A stretch of DNA of 32,000 nt from Pseudomonas aeruginosa (GTDB lineage: Bacteria; Pseudomonadota; Gammaproteobacteria; Pseudomonadales; Pseudomonadaceae), in the NCBI RefSeq assembly GCF_001457615.1, contig NZ_LN831024.1:2430001-2462000 (forward strand), read 5' to 3'. A program made the translations under genes and the position numbers. Positions 9,523 through 16,709 of the stretch are shown here, piece after piece (the stretch's first letter is position 1; every line of letters starts with the position of its first letter). The notes below the pieces were generated by a model. It made no database searches, had not been told where the DNA came from, and saw only the letters and a list, made by a program, of their open reading frames with translations.

Positions 9523-9999
9523 CTAGAGCCCGCGGGCTTTTTCCCATTGGCGGCGGATGGCGTTGCGCACGAAGTTGTCCAGTTGGCCCATGAGGACCTC
9601 CCGGTACATCGGCTTGGCCGGCATGATGGTGTAGTGGGTGGCTTGCAGGCGCTTGTTGTAGCTGTCCTGCTTCACCTTAAGGTCCGGCGGGATGTCGGTG
9701 CCGTCGGGTATCACGAAGTCGCCGTCGGCGCGGCGCAGCACGCCGGCGCGGTCGAACACCGAGGTGCCGCCGGTGTCCGGGGCGTAGAGGCCGTCGCGGC
9801 CGGCGACGATGTCCGGCGCGCGGGCGGGGACGCCAGGGGTGTTGGGGCTGTCGAAGGTCGGATGCAGCAGCGGGGCGACTTCCGCAGCCTCGGCGAGTTC
9901 CTTGTCGGGACGCAGGTAGCGACCGACGTCGCCGTCGTAGTTGGCCTTGAATACCGCCCGGTAGAGGGTGAGGCTGGTTTTCTCGTAGTCGTAGGACAT
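9523..9999 (-). CDS. tse2: Type VI secretion exported toxin Tse2, 158 aa
   Basis: 3' part of ORF 9523..11472. The real start is ATG 9999-9997, preceded by AGGGAAG (10013-10007). MSYDYEKTSLTLYRAVFKANYDGDVGRYLRPDKELAEAAEVAPLLHPTFDSPNTPGVPARAPDIVAGRDGLYAPDTGGTSVFDRAGVLRRADGDFVIPDGTDIPPDLKVKQDSYNKRLQATHYTIMPAKPMYREVLMGQLDNFVRNAIRRQWEKARGL. No signal peptide or TM segment. I recognise it as Tse2 (PA2702). Confidence 0.9.
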   Translation of the reverse strand: MSYDYEKTSLTLYRAVFKANYDGDVGRYLRPDKELAEAAEVAPLLHPTFDSPNTPGVPARAPDIVAGRDGLYAPDTGGTSVFDRAGVLRRADGDFVIPDGTDIPPDLKVKQDSYNKRLQATHYTIMPAKPMYREVLMGQLDNFVRNAIRRQWEKARGL

Positions 10000-10145
10000 G
10001 CGTGGACTTCCCTGTGGGTTGCGTTCGCGGCGCCGCGGGTGCGCGGCATCGCTACCGGCCACCGTCCTTGTGGCGCCATCGGCGAGCAGGATAACAGCCG
10101 TGGGCGGATCCGCCAGGGGCAGGCGACGACCGTCGCCCGGGAGGC

Positions 10146-11735
10146 TCAAGGCCTGGCCGCGCCGTGCAGGTAATGGCGGATGCGCACCTCCACGCCGGCG
10201 CTCTGGAAGCGCCGGGCGGCGGCCTCGACCCGCAACTCGCCGCGGGTCACCCGCTGGTGGTGGCGCAGGTGCTCCAGCCAGGATTCGTCGATGAAGAACT
10301 CCAGCCACAGGCGACGGTTGCCGCTGTCCTGGACCAGCCCCCAGGACACCGCGCCGTTGCGCCGACGCATGGCGCGCACCTCGACCATCGCCGCCTGGAA
10401 TGCCGCGGCGTCCTGTGGGTCGATGTCGTACTCGAGGGTGACCATCACCGGGCCGCGTTCCTGGTCCACCTCTTCGTCGACAAGTGGTGCCGGCCAGTGC
10501 AGCGACGGCGCGAGGTCCTCGGCCTCGGTGACCGGCAGCCGGCAGCGCAGCGACGCGAACAGGCCGAGCAGCAGCGCGGCGCTGGCGCAGAGCAGGGCGA
10601 AGGTGATCGACAGGTGGCTGGCGACCAGACCCCACAGGGCGCCGCCGGCGGCCATGCTGCCGAAGAACACCAGGATGTAGACCGCCAGCGCGCGGGCGCG
10701 GACCCAGGCCGGCACGGAGGTCTGCGCGGCGACCTGCAGGCTGGAGAGCACGGCGATCCATGCCGCGCCGCTGAGCAGCATCACCGGCACCAGCAAATAG
10801 AGGTTGCGCAGCAGCGCCAGGGCCACCAGCACCAGTGCGTAGAGCACGCTGGAGAGCAGCACCAGGCGGTCGCTGCCGAGGCGTTCGCGCAGGCGCGGCA
10901 GGAACGCGGCGCCGAGCACCGCGCCGACGCCGACGCTGCCCAGCAGCAGGCCGAAGTCCATGGCGTTGCCATGCAGTTCGCCGCGCACGATCAGGGGCAG
11001 CAGCGACATGCCGGCGCTGGCGCCGAGGAAGAACGCCACCGCACGCACCAGCACCGATTGCAGTGGCCTCGAGCTGCGGCTGTAGCGCCAGCCGGCGCGC
11101 AGGGCGCCGAACAGGCGTTCCGCCGGCAGCACCGAGGGCACGGCCTCGCGTTTCCAGGCCAGCAGCACGGCGATCACCGCGAAGAAGGAGAGGGCGTTGA
11201 GGGCGAAGGTCAGCCAGGGGCCGACCAGGCTCACCAGCACCCCGGCGATGGCCGGTCCGACCGCCCGCGCCAGGTTGACCCCGACACTGGACAGCGCCAC
11301 CGCCGCCGGCAGTTCGTCCTTGCCCACCAGTTCCGGAGTGGTGGCGCTCCAGGCCGGCATCATCAGCGCGGTGCCGATGCCCATGCACAGGGTCAGGCCG
11401 AGCAGCAGCCAGACGCTGGTCAACTGGAGCAGGGTGAGGCCGGCCAGCAGGGTGGCCACCAAGGCCATCCACAATTGCGCGCCGAGCAGGTAGCGGCGCT
11501 TGTCGACGATATCGGCGAGGGCGCCGGCCGGCAGGGCCAGGAAGAACATCGGCAGCGATCCGGCGACCTGCACCAGGGCCACGTTCAGCGGGCTGGCGGA
11601 GAGCGAGGTCATCAGCCAGCCGGCGCCCACCTCATGCATCCAGGTGCCGATGTTCGAGGCGATGCTGGCCAGCCATAGCCAGCGGAAGGTGGCTTGGCGC
11701 AGGGGACTCCAGGGTGAGGCGGCGGGTGCGGTCAT
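10146..11735 (-). CDS. MFS transporter of the MFS_3/EntS-like (DUF894) type with a C-terminal ABM-like cytoplasmic domain, 529 aa
   Basis: ORF 10146..11735. N-terminus ...LRQATFRWLWLASIASNIGTWMHEVGAGWLMTSL is typical of the enterobactin-exporter-like MFS_3 family, with about 12 TM helices. The last ~130 aa are soluble (see findings). Confidence 0.9.
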   Translation of the reverse strand: MTAPAASPWSPLRQATFRWLWLASIASNIGTWMHEVGAGWLMTSLSASPLNVALVQVAGSLPMFFLALPAGALADIVDKRRYLLGAQLWMALVATLLAGLTLLQLTSVWLLLGLTLCMGIGTALMMPAWSATTPELVGKDELPAAVALSSVGVNLARAVGPAIAGVLVSLVGPWLTFALNALSFFAVIAVLLAWKREAVPSVLPAERLFGALRAGWRYSRSSRPLQSVLVRAVAFFLGASAGMSLLPLIVRGELHGNAMDFGLLLGSVGVGAVLGAAFLPRLRERLGSDRLVLLSSVLYALVLVALALLRNLYLLVPVMLLSGAAWIAVLSSLQVAAQTSVPAWVRARALAVYILVFFGSMAAGGALWGLVASHLSITFALLCASAALLLGLFASLRCRLPVTEAEDLAPSLHWPAPLVDEEVDQERGPVMVTLEYDIDPQDAAAFQAAMVEVRAMRRRNGAVSWGLVQDSGNRRLWLEFFIDESWLEHLRHHQRVTRGELRVEAAARRFQSAGVEVRIRHYLHGAARP

Positions 11736-11737
11736 GG

Positions 11738-13045
11738 TCAGAGCGAGCCTTTGAGTGGGTATTCGACGATCAGGTAGAGGCGGTCGATGTCGTCGCCGGC
11801 CTGGGCCGCGTTGGCCCGGTGGCTGAGGTGCGAGACGTTCAGCGAGAGGTCCTTGAACGGGCCCGAGGCGAACAGGTAGCGCAGGTCGAGGTCGCGCTCC
11901 CAGTGCTTGCCGCCGCTGCCCTGCAAGGGCCGGTAGCGGCCATCGGCGCCCAGCGGGTTGTAGGCGCCGCCGGCCGGCGCATGGCTGCCGTCGATGGCGC
12001 GGCCGCTGACGTAACGCGCCATGAAGCTCAGCCCCGGCAGGCCGAACGGGGCCAGGTCGAGGTCGTAGCGGGCCTGCCAGGAGCGTTCGCCCGGACCGTT
12101 GAAATCGGCGTACTTGATCGAGTTGGCGAGGTAGATGGAGTCACCTCCGACGAAGTCGAACGGCGTATCCCCATGGACACGCTGGTAGGCCAGGGAGAAA
12201 CCCTGCGCGCCGACGCGGTACTTCAGTTGCAGGCTGTAGGCCAGGGTGTCGATCGCGCCGGCCCGGCTGCGGCCCTGGTCGCGCGTGCGATAGAGGTTGC
12301 CATCCAGGCTGAACGCGGCACGTTGCAGGTTCATGTTGAGATAGACCTGGCGCCAGACGTTGTCCAGTTGCGCGGCGAACAGCGAGCCGCTCAGGTTGTC
12401 GCTGGCCGCCAGGCTGGCGCCGGCGAAGCCAATGGCGCTGCCGGCGGTGCTCGCGCCGTAGCCGTCGAAGTCGCCATGGCCGGAGCTGGAGGCCTGTTCC
12501 TTGAAGGCGGTGAAGCGCCCGGCCTGGATCCGCACGCGGTCGAGGTCGTCGCTCTGCAGGAAGAAGCCCCTGGCGTACTGGGGTTGCAGGCGCTTGTCGC
12601 TGGTATCGAAGACCGGGGTCTCGACGGTCATCTCGCCGACCTTGAGCAGGCTCTCGCCGAGCCGCAGCTTGAGTGCGGCGCCGGCGTCGGAATACTCGCT
12701 GGCGTTATCGCCGGATGAGTCCAGCGGCAACAGGCCGGTGCCGGCATGGCCACGTCCGCCGTCGAGCTTGAAGCCGGCGAAGCCGTGGAGATCGAGGCCG
12801 AAACCGACGCGGCCGGGAGTATAGGCCGACTCCAGGTCGACGATCAGGCCGTGTGCCCATTCCTTGCGGTAGCCGCGCCCGGCGTCCGCGCGGCGATAGT
12901 CGTTGTAGAGGAAGTAGTTGCGGTTGAGCAGGCGCCACTCCAGGTAGTCGGGTGCCTTGGCTTCCTCTGTCGCGGCGTGGCACGGCGAGGTGCCGCCCAG
13001 CGCCAGGAAAAGGGCCAGGCGGCCGACCGGTCGAACGCGGATCAT
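11738..13045 (-). CDS. opdB: OprD-family substrate-specific outer-membrane porin, 435 aa
   Basis: ORF 11738..13045 with a signal peptide. Shows the OprD-family hallmarks EWRLLNRNYFLYNDYR, alternating beta-strand pattern and C-terminal ...LYLIVEYPLKGSL. The stop is 2 nt before the MFS start, indicating an operon. The symbol is from memory of the PAO1 locus. Confidence 0.88.
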   Translation of the reverse strand: MIRVRPVGRLALFLALGGTSPCHAATEEAKAPDYLEWRLLNRNYFLYNDYRRADAGRGYRKEWAHGLIVDLESAYTPGRVGFGLDLHGFAGFKLDGGRGHAGTGLLPLDSSGDNASEYSDAGAALKLRLGESLLKVGEMTVETPVFDTSDKRLQPQYARGFFLQSDDLDRVRIQAGRFTAFKEQASSSGHGDFDGYGASTAGSAIGFAGASLAASDNLSGSLFAAQLDNVWRQVYLNMNLQRAAFSLDGNLYRTRDQGRSRAGAIDTLAYSLQLKYRVGAQGFSLAYQRVHGDTPFDFVGGDSIYLANSIKYADFNGPGERSWQARYDLDLAPFGLPGLSFMARYVSGRAIDGSHAPAGGAYNPLGADGRYRPLQGSGGKHWERDLDLRYLFASGPFKDLSLNVSHLSHRANAAQAGDDIDRLYLIVEYPLKGSL

Positions 13046-13093
13046 CGGGAAAACTCCGGGCGAGGCGGGCCTCGAAGGGCCCGCCCGGGTACG

Positions 13094-15073
13094 TCAGAAA
13101 GCGAAGCAGGAACAGCCGAATGCGCCCCAGAAACCCTGGAAGTCGCTCACCGGTACGTTGGAGTGGCGCGCGCGGTTGTGCTCGTGGGCGTGTACCGCGC
13201 AGGCACCGACGCACTGGTGGACCTGGGCGGTCAGCGGCGCGCCTTGCCGCCAGTGGCCGGGTACCTTGGCCACCGGCGACCAGTCCGGCAGCACCGGCGG
13301 CGCCGGCGGACCGAGCTTGTCGAACTCGGCGGCGGCATAGACGACCTTGCCGTCGACCACCGTGAGCACCGACTCGATCCACTTGATGGCCTCTTCCTCG
13401 ACGCCGAAGAAGTCCGCCGACAGCGCCGCCAGGTCGGCGAGCTGGCCAACCTTGATCTGTCCTTTCTTGCCCTGCTCGCTGGAGAACCAGGCGCTGCCGT
13501 GGGTGAACAGCTGCAACGCGGTTTCCCGCGGCAGGCCCTGCGGATACAGGGCCATGCCGCCGACGGTGCGGCCGCTGACCAGCCAGTACAGCGAGGTCCA
13601 GGGGTTGTAGCTGGAGACCCGGGTGGCGTCGGTGCCGGCACCCACCGGCACGCCCTCGGCGAGCATGCGCTGGATCGGCGGCGTGGCCTCGGCGGCCTTG
13701 GCACCGTAGCGGTCGACGAAGTACTCGCCCTGGAAGGCCATGCGGTCCTGGATCGCGATGCCGCCGCCGAGTGCCCGCACCCGCTCGATGTTGCGCGGGG
13801 TGATGGTCTCGGCGTGGTCGAAGAACCAGGGCAGGCCGTTGAACGGAATGTCGCGGTCGACCTTCTCGAACACGTCGAGCATCCGCGAGATCGATTCGTC
13901 GTAGGTGGCGTGCAGGCGGAACGGCCAGCGCTGCTCCACCAGGTGGCGGACCACAGGCTCCAGCTCCTGCTCCATGGTCTGCGGCAGGTCCGGGCGCGGT
14001 TCGAGGAAGTCCTCGAAGTCGGCGGCGGAGAACACCAGCATCTCGCCGGCGCCGTTATGGCGGAAGAAATCGCTGCCCTGGCCGTACTTGACGCTGCCGG
14101 TCCAGTTCTTGAAGTCGGCGAGTTCTTCCTTCGGTTTCTGCGTGAACAGGTTGTAGGCGATGCGTACGGTGAGCTGGCCCTGGTCGGCCAGTTCGCGAAT
14201 CACCTGGTAGTCGTCCGGGTAGTTCTGGAAGCCGCCGCCGGCGTCGATCGCGCTGGTCAGGCCGAGGCGGTTGAGTTCGCGCATGAACTGGCGGGTGGAG
14301 TTGACCTGGTATTCCAGCGGCAGCTTCGGTCCCTTGGCCAGGGTGGCGTAGAGAATCATCGCGTTGGGCCGGGCGATCAGCATGCCGGTGGGTTCGCCGC
14401 TGCTGTCGCGGACGATCTCGCCGCCGGGCGGGTTGGGCGTGTCCTTGGTGTAGCCGACCACGCGCAGGGCGGCGCGGTTGAGCAGGGCGCGATCGTACAG
14501 GTGGAGGACGAACACCGGGGTGTCCGGCGCGGCCTTGTTCAATTCCTCCAGGGTCGGCATGCGCTTCTCGGCGAACTGGAACTCGTTCCAGCCGCCGACC
14601 ACCCGCACCCACTGGGGGCTGGGCGTGCGTTCGGCCTGGTTCTTGAGCATGCGCAAGGCGTCGGCCAGGGAGGGCACGCCTTCCCAGCGCAGCTCCAGGT
14701 TGTAGTTGAGGCCACCGCGGATCAGGTGCAGGTGCGAGTCGTTGAGACCGGGGATCACGGTGCGCTTCTGCAGGTCGATCACCTGGGTGGCGCTGCCGCG
14801 ATGGAGCATCGCCTCGGCGTCGTTGCCGACGGCAAGGAACTTGCCGTCCTTGATCGCCACGGCGGTGGCGGTGGGGTTGTCGCGGTCCACGGTGTGGAAA
14901 CGGCCGTTGTGCAGGATCAGGTCGGCGGTCATGGAACCTCCTGGGTTGCTTGCGGGAGAAAGGCTGGCGGCGTTGGCGAAGGGCAGGGCGGACCACAGGA
15001 CTCCGGCGGCGCCCAGCACCGAACTGGTAGTGAGGAAATGGCGGCGGTCCTTGCTCGGCGGATCGTGGCTCAT
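13094..15073 (-). CDS. Tat-exported amidohydrolase (Amidohydro_3 / YtcJ-like metal-dependent hydrolase), 659 aa
   Basis: ORF 13094..15073 with AGGAG SD. Twin-arginine leader SKDRRHFLTTSSVLGAAGVLWSALPFANA. Metal-binding PGLNDSHLHL motif near the N-terminus of the barrel and a late DATRV region. C-terminal Cys/His-rich extension. Confidence 0.88.
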   Translation of the reverse strand: MSHDPPSKDRRHFLTTSSVLGAAGVLWSALPFANAASLSPASNPGGSMTADLILHNGRFHTVDRDNPTATAVAIKDGKFLAVGNDAEAMLHRGSATQVIDLQKRTVIPGLNDSHLHLIRGGLNYNLELRWEGVPSLADALRMLKNQAERTPSPQWVRVVGGWNEFQFAEKRMPTLEELNKAAPDTPVFVLHLYDRALLNRAALRVVGYTKDTPNPPGGEIVRDSSGEPTGMLIARPNAMILYATLAKGPKLPLEYQVNSTRQFMRELNRLGLTSAIDAGGGFQNYPDDYQVIRELADQGQLTVRIAYNLFTQKPKEELADFKNWTGSVKYGQGSDFFRHNGAGEMLVFSAADFEDFLEPRPDLPQTMEQELEPVVRHLVEQRWPFRLHATYDESISRMLDVFEKVDRDIPFNGLPWFFDHAETITPRNIERVRALGGGIAIQDRMAFQGEYFVDRYGAKAAEATPPIQRMLAEGVPVGAGTDATRVSSYNPWTSLYWLVSGRTVGGMALYPQGLPRETALQLFTHGSAWFSSEQGKKGQIKVGQLADLAALSADFFGVEEEAIKWIESVLTVVDGKVVYAAAEFDKLGPPAPPVLPDWSPVAKVPGHWRQGAPLTAQVHQCVGACAVHAHEHNRARHSNVPVSDFQGFWGAFGCSCFAF

Positions 15074-15489
15074 GGCGTGCTCCTGGCAGCGGGGCGGAAT
15101 CGGTCAGCGAGGGCGGCGGCGAGAGAGGCCACCGGACAGGATAGGTGCGGCGGAAAACGTACGGGACGAAAGAGCGGTTTTCCCGAATGACGCATCCTCC
15201 TGCAAGCGCAACTTGCTGGTGGTCGATAGCAAGTAAGGCGCGAGACATGTCCTGAACTTCATGGGGGCTTTTTCTTATAGGGCGGACTGTCGATTCTGCT
15301 AGCTGGTAATCCTTCTTTTATTGTCTCTGTGTGCGCTTTTTGTATGGATGTGTCGAATATTTTGAATATCGCCGTTCAAATTTATCCAGGGCCGAAGTTC
15401 AGTGATTTATTTTCTCGAAAAGTTTGTTTTTTCCAATATTCATGCTTCATAGTCTGGCCGGCCACGGGAAATTATCTGTTGGCCCGCGT

Positions 15490-15507
15490 GCTGTTGTGCG
15501 CAACAGC
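15490..15507. promoter_or_regulatory. Perfect inverted repeat GCTGTTG-TGCG-CAACAGC, candidate operator upstream of the isochorismatase-family gene
   Basis: Read directly from the sequence. It lies 33 bp upstream of ATG 15540, at the GC-rich edge of an AT-rich divergent intergenic region. Confidence 0.35.
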
Positions 15508-15539
15508 TGGAATTCATCGTTCGTTGTCAGGAAACAATC

Positions 15540-16220
15540 ATGAGCCACTATCTCGAAGTTCTAACTCCGCAGAACAGCCAGATCATCTTCATCGACCAGC
15601 AGCCACAGATGGCATTCGGTGTACAGTCCATCGATCGCCAGACGCTGAAGAACAACGTAGTGGGCCTGGCCAAGGCGGCGAAGGTATTCGACATCCCGGT
15701 CACCATCACCACGGTGGAAACCGACAGCTTCTCCGGCCCAACCTATCCGGAGCTGCTGGCGGTGTTCCCCGAGCAGAAGATCCTCGAACGCACCTCGATG
15801 AACTCCTGGGACGACCAGAACGTGCGCGACTCGCTGGCCGCCGCGGGCCGCAAGAAGGTCGTGGTCGCCGGGCTGTGGACCGAGGTCTGCAACACCACCT
15901 TCGCCCTCTGCGCCATGCTCGAGGGCGGCTACGAGATCTACATGGTGGCCGATGCCTCGGGCGGCACCTCCAGCGACGCCCACAAGTACGCCATGGACCG
16001 CATGGTCCAGGCCGGCGTGGTACCGGTGACCTGGCAGCAGGTCCTGCTGGAGTGGCAGCGCGACTGGGCCCGCCGGGATACCTACGACGCCGTGATGGCC
16101 ATCGCCAAGGAGCATTCCGGGGCCTACGGCATGGGCGTGGACTACGCCTACACCATGGTGCACAAGGCGCCCGAGCGGGTGACCCACGGCGAACGCATCG
16201 GCCCGAATCCGGCCAAGTGA
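15540..16220 (+). CDS. Isochorismatase-family hydrolase (YcaC-like), 226 aa
   Basis: ORF 15540..16220. Pattern IIFIDQQPQM...VVVAGLWTEVCNTTFALCAM, with the catalytic Cys in the TEVC context, is typical of YcaC-type cysteine hydrolases. Confidence 0.88.
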   Translation: MSHYLEVLTPQNSQIIFIDQQPQMAFGVQSIDRQTLKNNVVGLAKAAKVFDIPVTITTVETDSFSGPTYPELLAVFPEQKILERTSMNSWDDQNVRDSLAAAGRKKVVVAGLWTEVCNTTFALCAMLEGGYEIYMVADASGGTSSDAHKYAMDRMVQAGVVPVTWQQVLLEWQRDWARRDTYDAVMAIAKEHSGAYGMGVDYAYTMVHKAPERVTHGERIGPNPAK

Positions 16221-16276
16221 ATGCCGGCCGTGCCGCTCCGGTCCGCCGGGCGGCACGGCCGCGAAGGAGAACGAAG

Positions 16277-16558
16277 ATGAAGCTCTACGTATTGTCGCTG
16301 GGCGCCGGACTGTTGGTGGGGATCGTCTACAGCCTGCTGCAGGTGCGTTCGCCGGCTCCGCCGCTGGTGGCGCTGGTGGGGTTGCTCGGCATCCTGCTCG
16401 GCGAGCAGGTCATCCCGGTCGGCAAGCAATTGCTCGGCGGTTGCGCGTTCGCCTCGGCCTGCGACAAGGCGGGTTCGGTCGGCCATGTGCTGGGGCAACT
16501 ACCGGGTCGGCATCGCCTCGACCAGGCCGCTGGCCCGTCGGAAAAGGAAAAGGGTTGA
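16277..16558 (+). CDS. XapX-domain (DUF1427) small membrane protein, 93 aa
   Basis: ATG 16277 is preceded by GAAGGAGA. MKLYVLSLGAGLLVGIVYSLLQVRSPAPPLVALVGLLGILLGEQVIPVGKQLL matches the XapX motif as I recall it. It is in frame with the spurious long ORF 15329..16558. Confidence 0.6.
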   Translation: MKLYVLSLGAGLLVGIVYSLLQVRSPAPPLVALVGLLGILLGEQVIPVGKQLLGGCAFASACDKAGSVGHVLGQLPGRHRLDQAAGPSEKEKG

Positions 16559-16709
16559 GCGTTATATCATCGAGTAACAGCGCAGTAATCTGGTAGTTAT
16601 CTTCGTCGGTTAGATTTCCCCGGAACGGCTCCCTCGGATTAATCTCTGGGGGAGCTTTCGTGCGTCGTTTTTCGCGTCGAGAGAAAAGTGTCACGAGATC
16701 ATCAGGCGC

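Noticed and set aside
9280-9999. Possibility that the toxin-immunity cassette is a recent horizontally acquired islet
   Set aside because: By eye its GC and codon style match the surrounding genes, and there are no flanking direct repeats, tRNA or recombinase genes. Only the weak gene remnant at 8996-9220 hints at past rearrangement.
10000-11472. Upstream extension of the tse2 frame (the track lists a 649-aa ORF 9523..11472)
   Set aside because: The extension runs through the MFS gene in a different frame and is R/G/P/A-rich. A good SD plus ATG at 9999 gives exactly the 158-aa protein.
12746-15190. 814-aa plus-strand ORF antisense to the amidohydrolase and the porin start
   Set aside because: No motifs and a GC-driven open frame. 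It overlaps two well-supported minus-strand genes and their intergenic region.
15329-16276. Upstream part of the 409-aa ORF 15329..16558
   Set aside because: It begins in the AT-rich intergenic region and overlaps the YcaC-like gene out of frame. Only the last 93 codons (XapX-like, with their own SD) look real.
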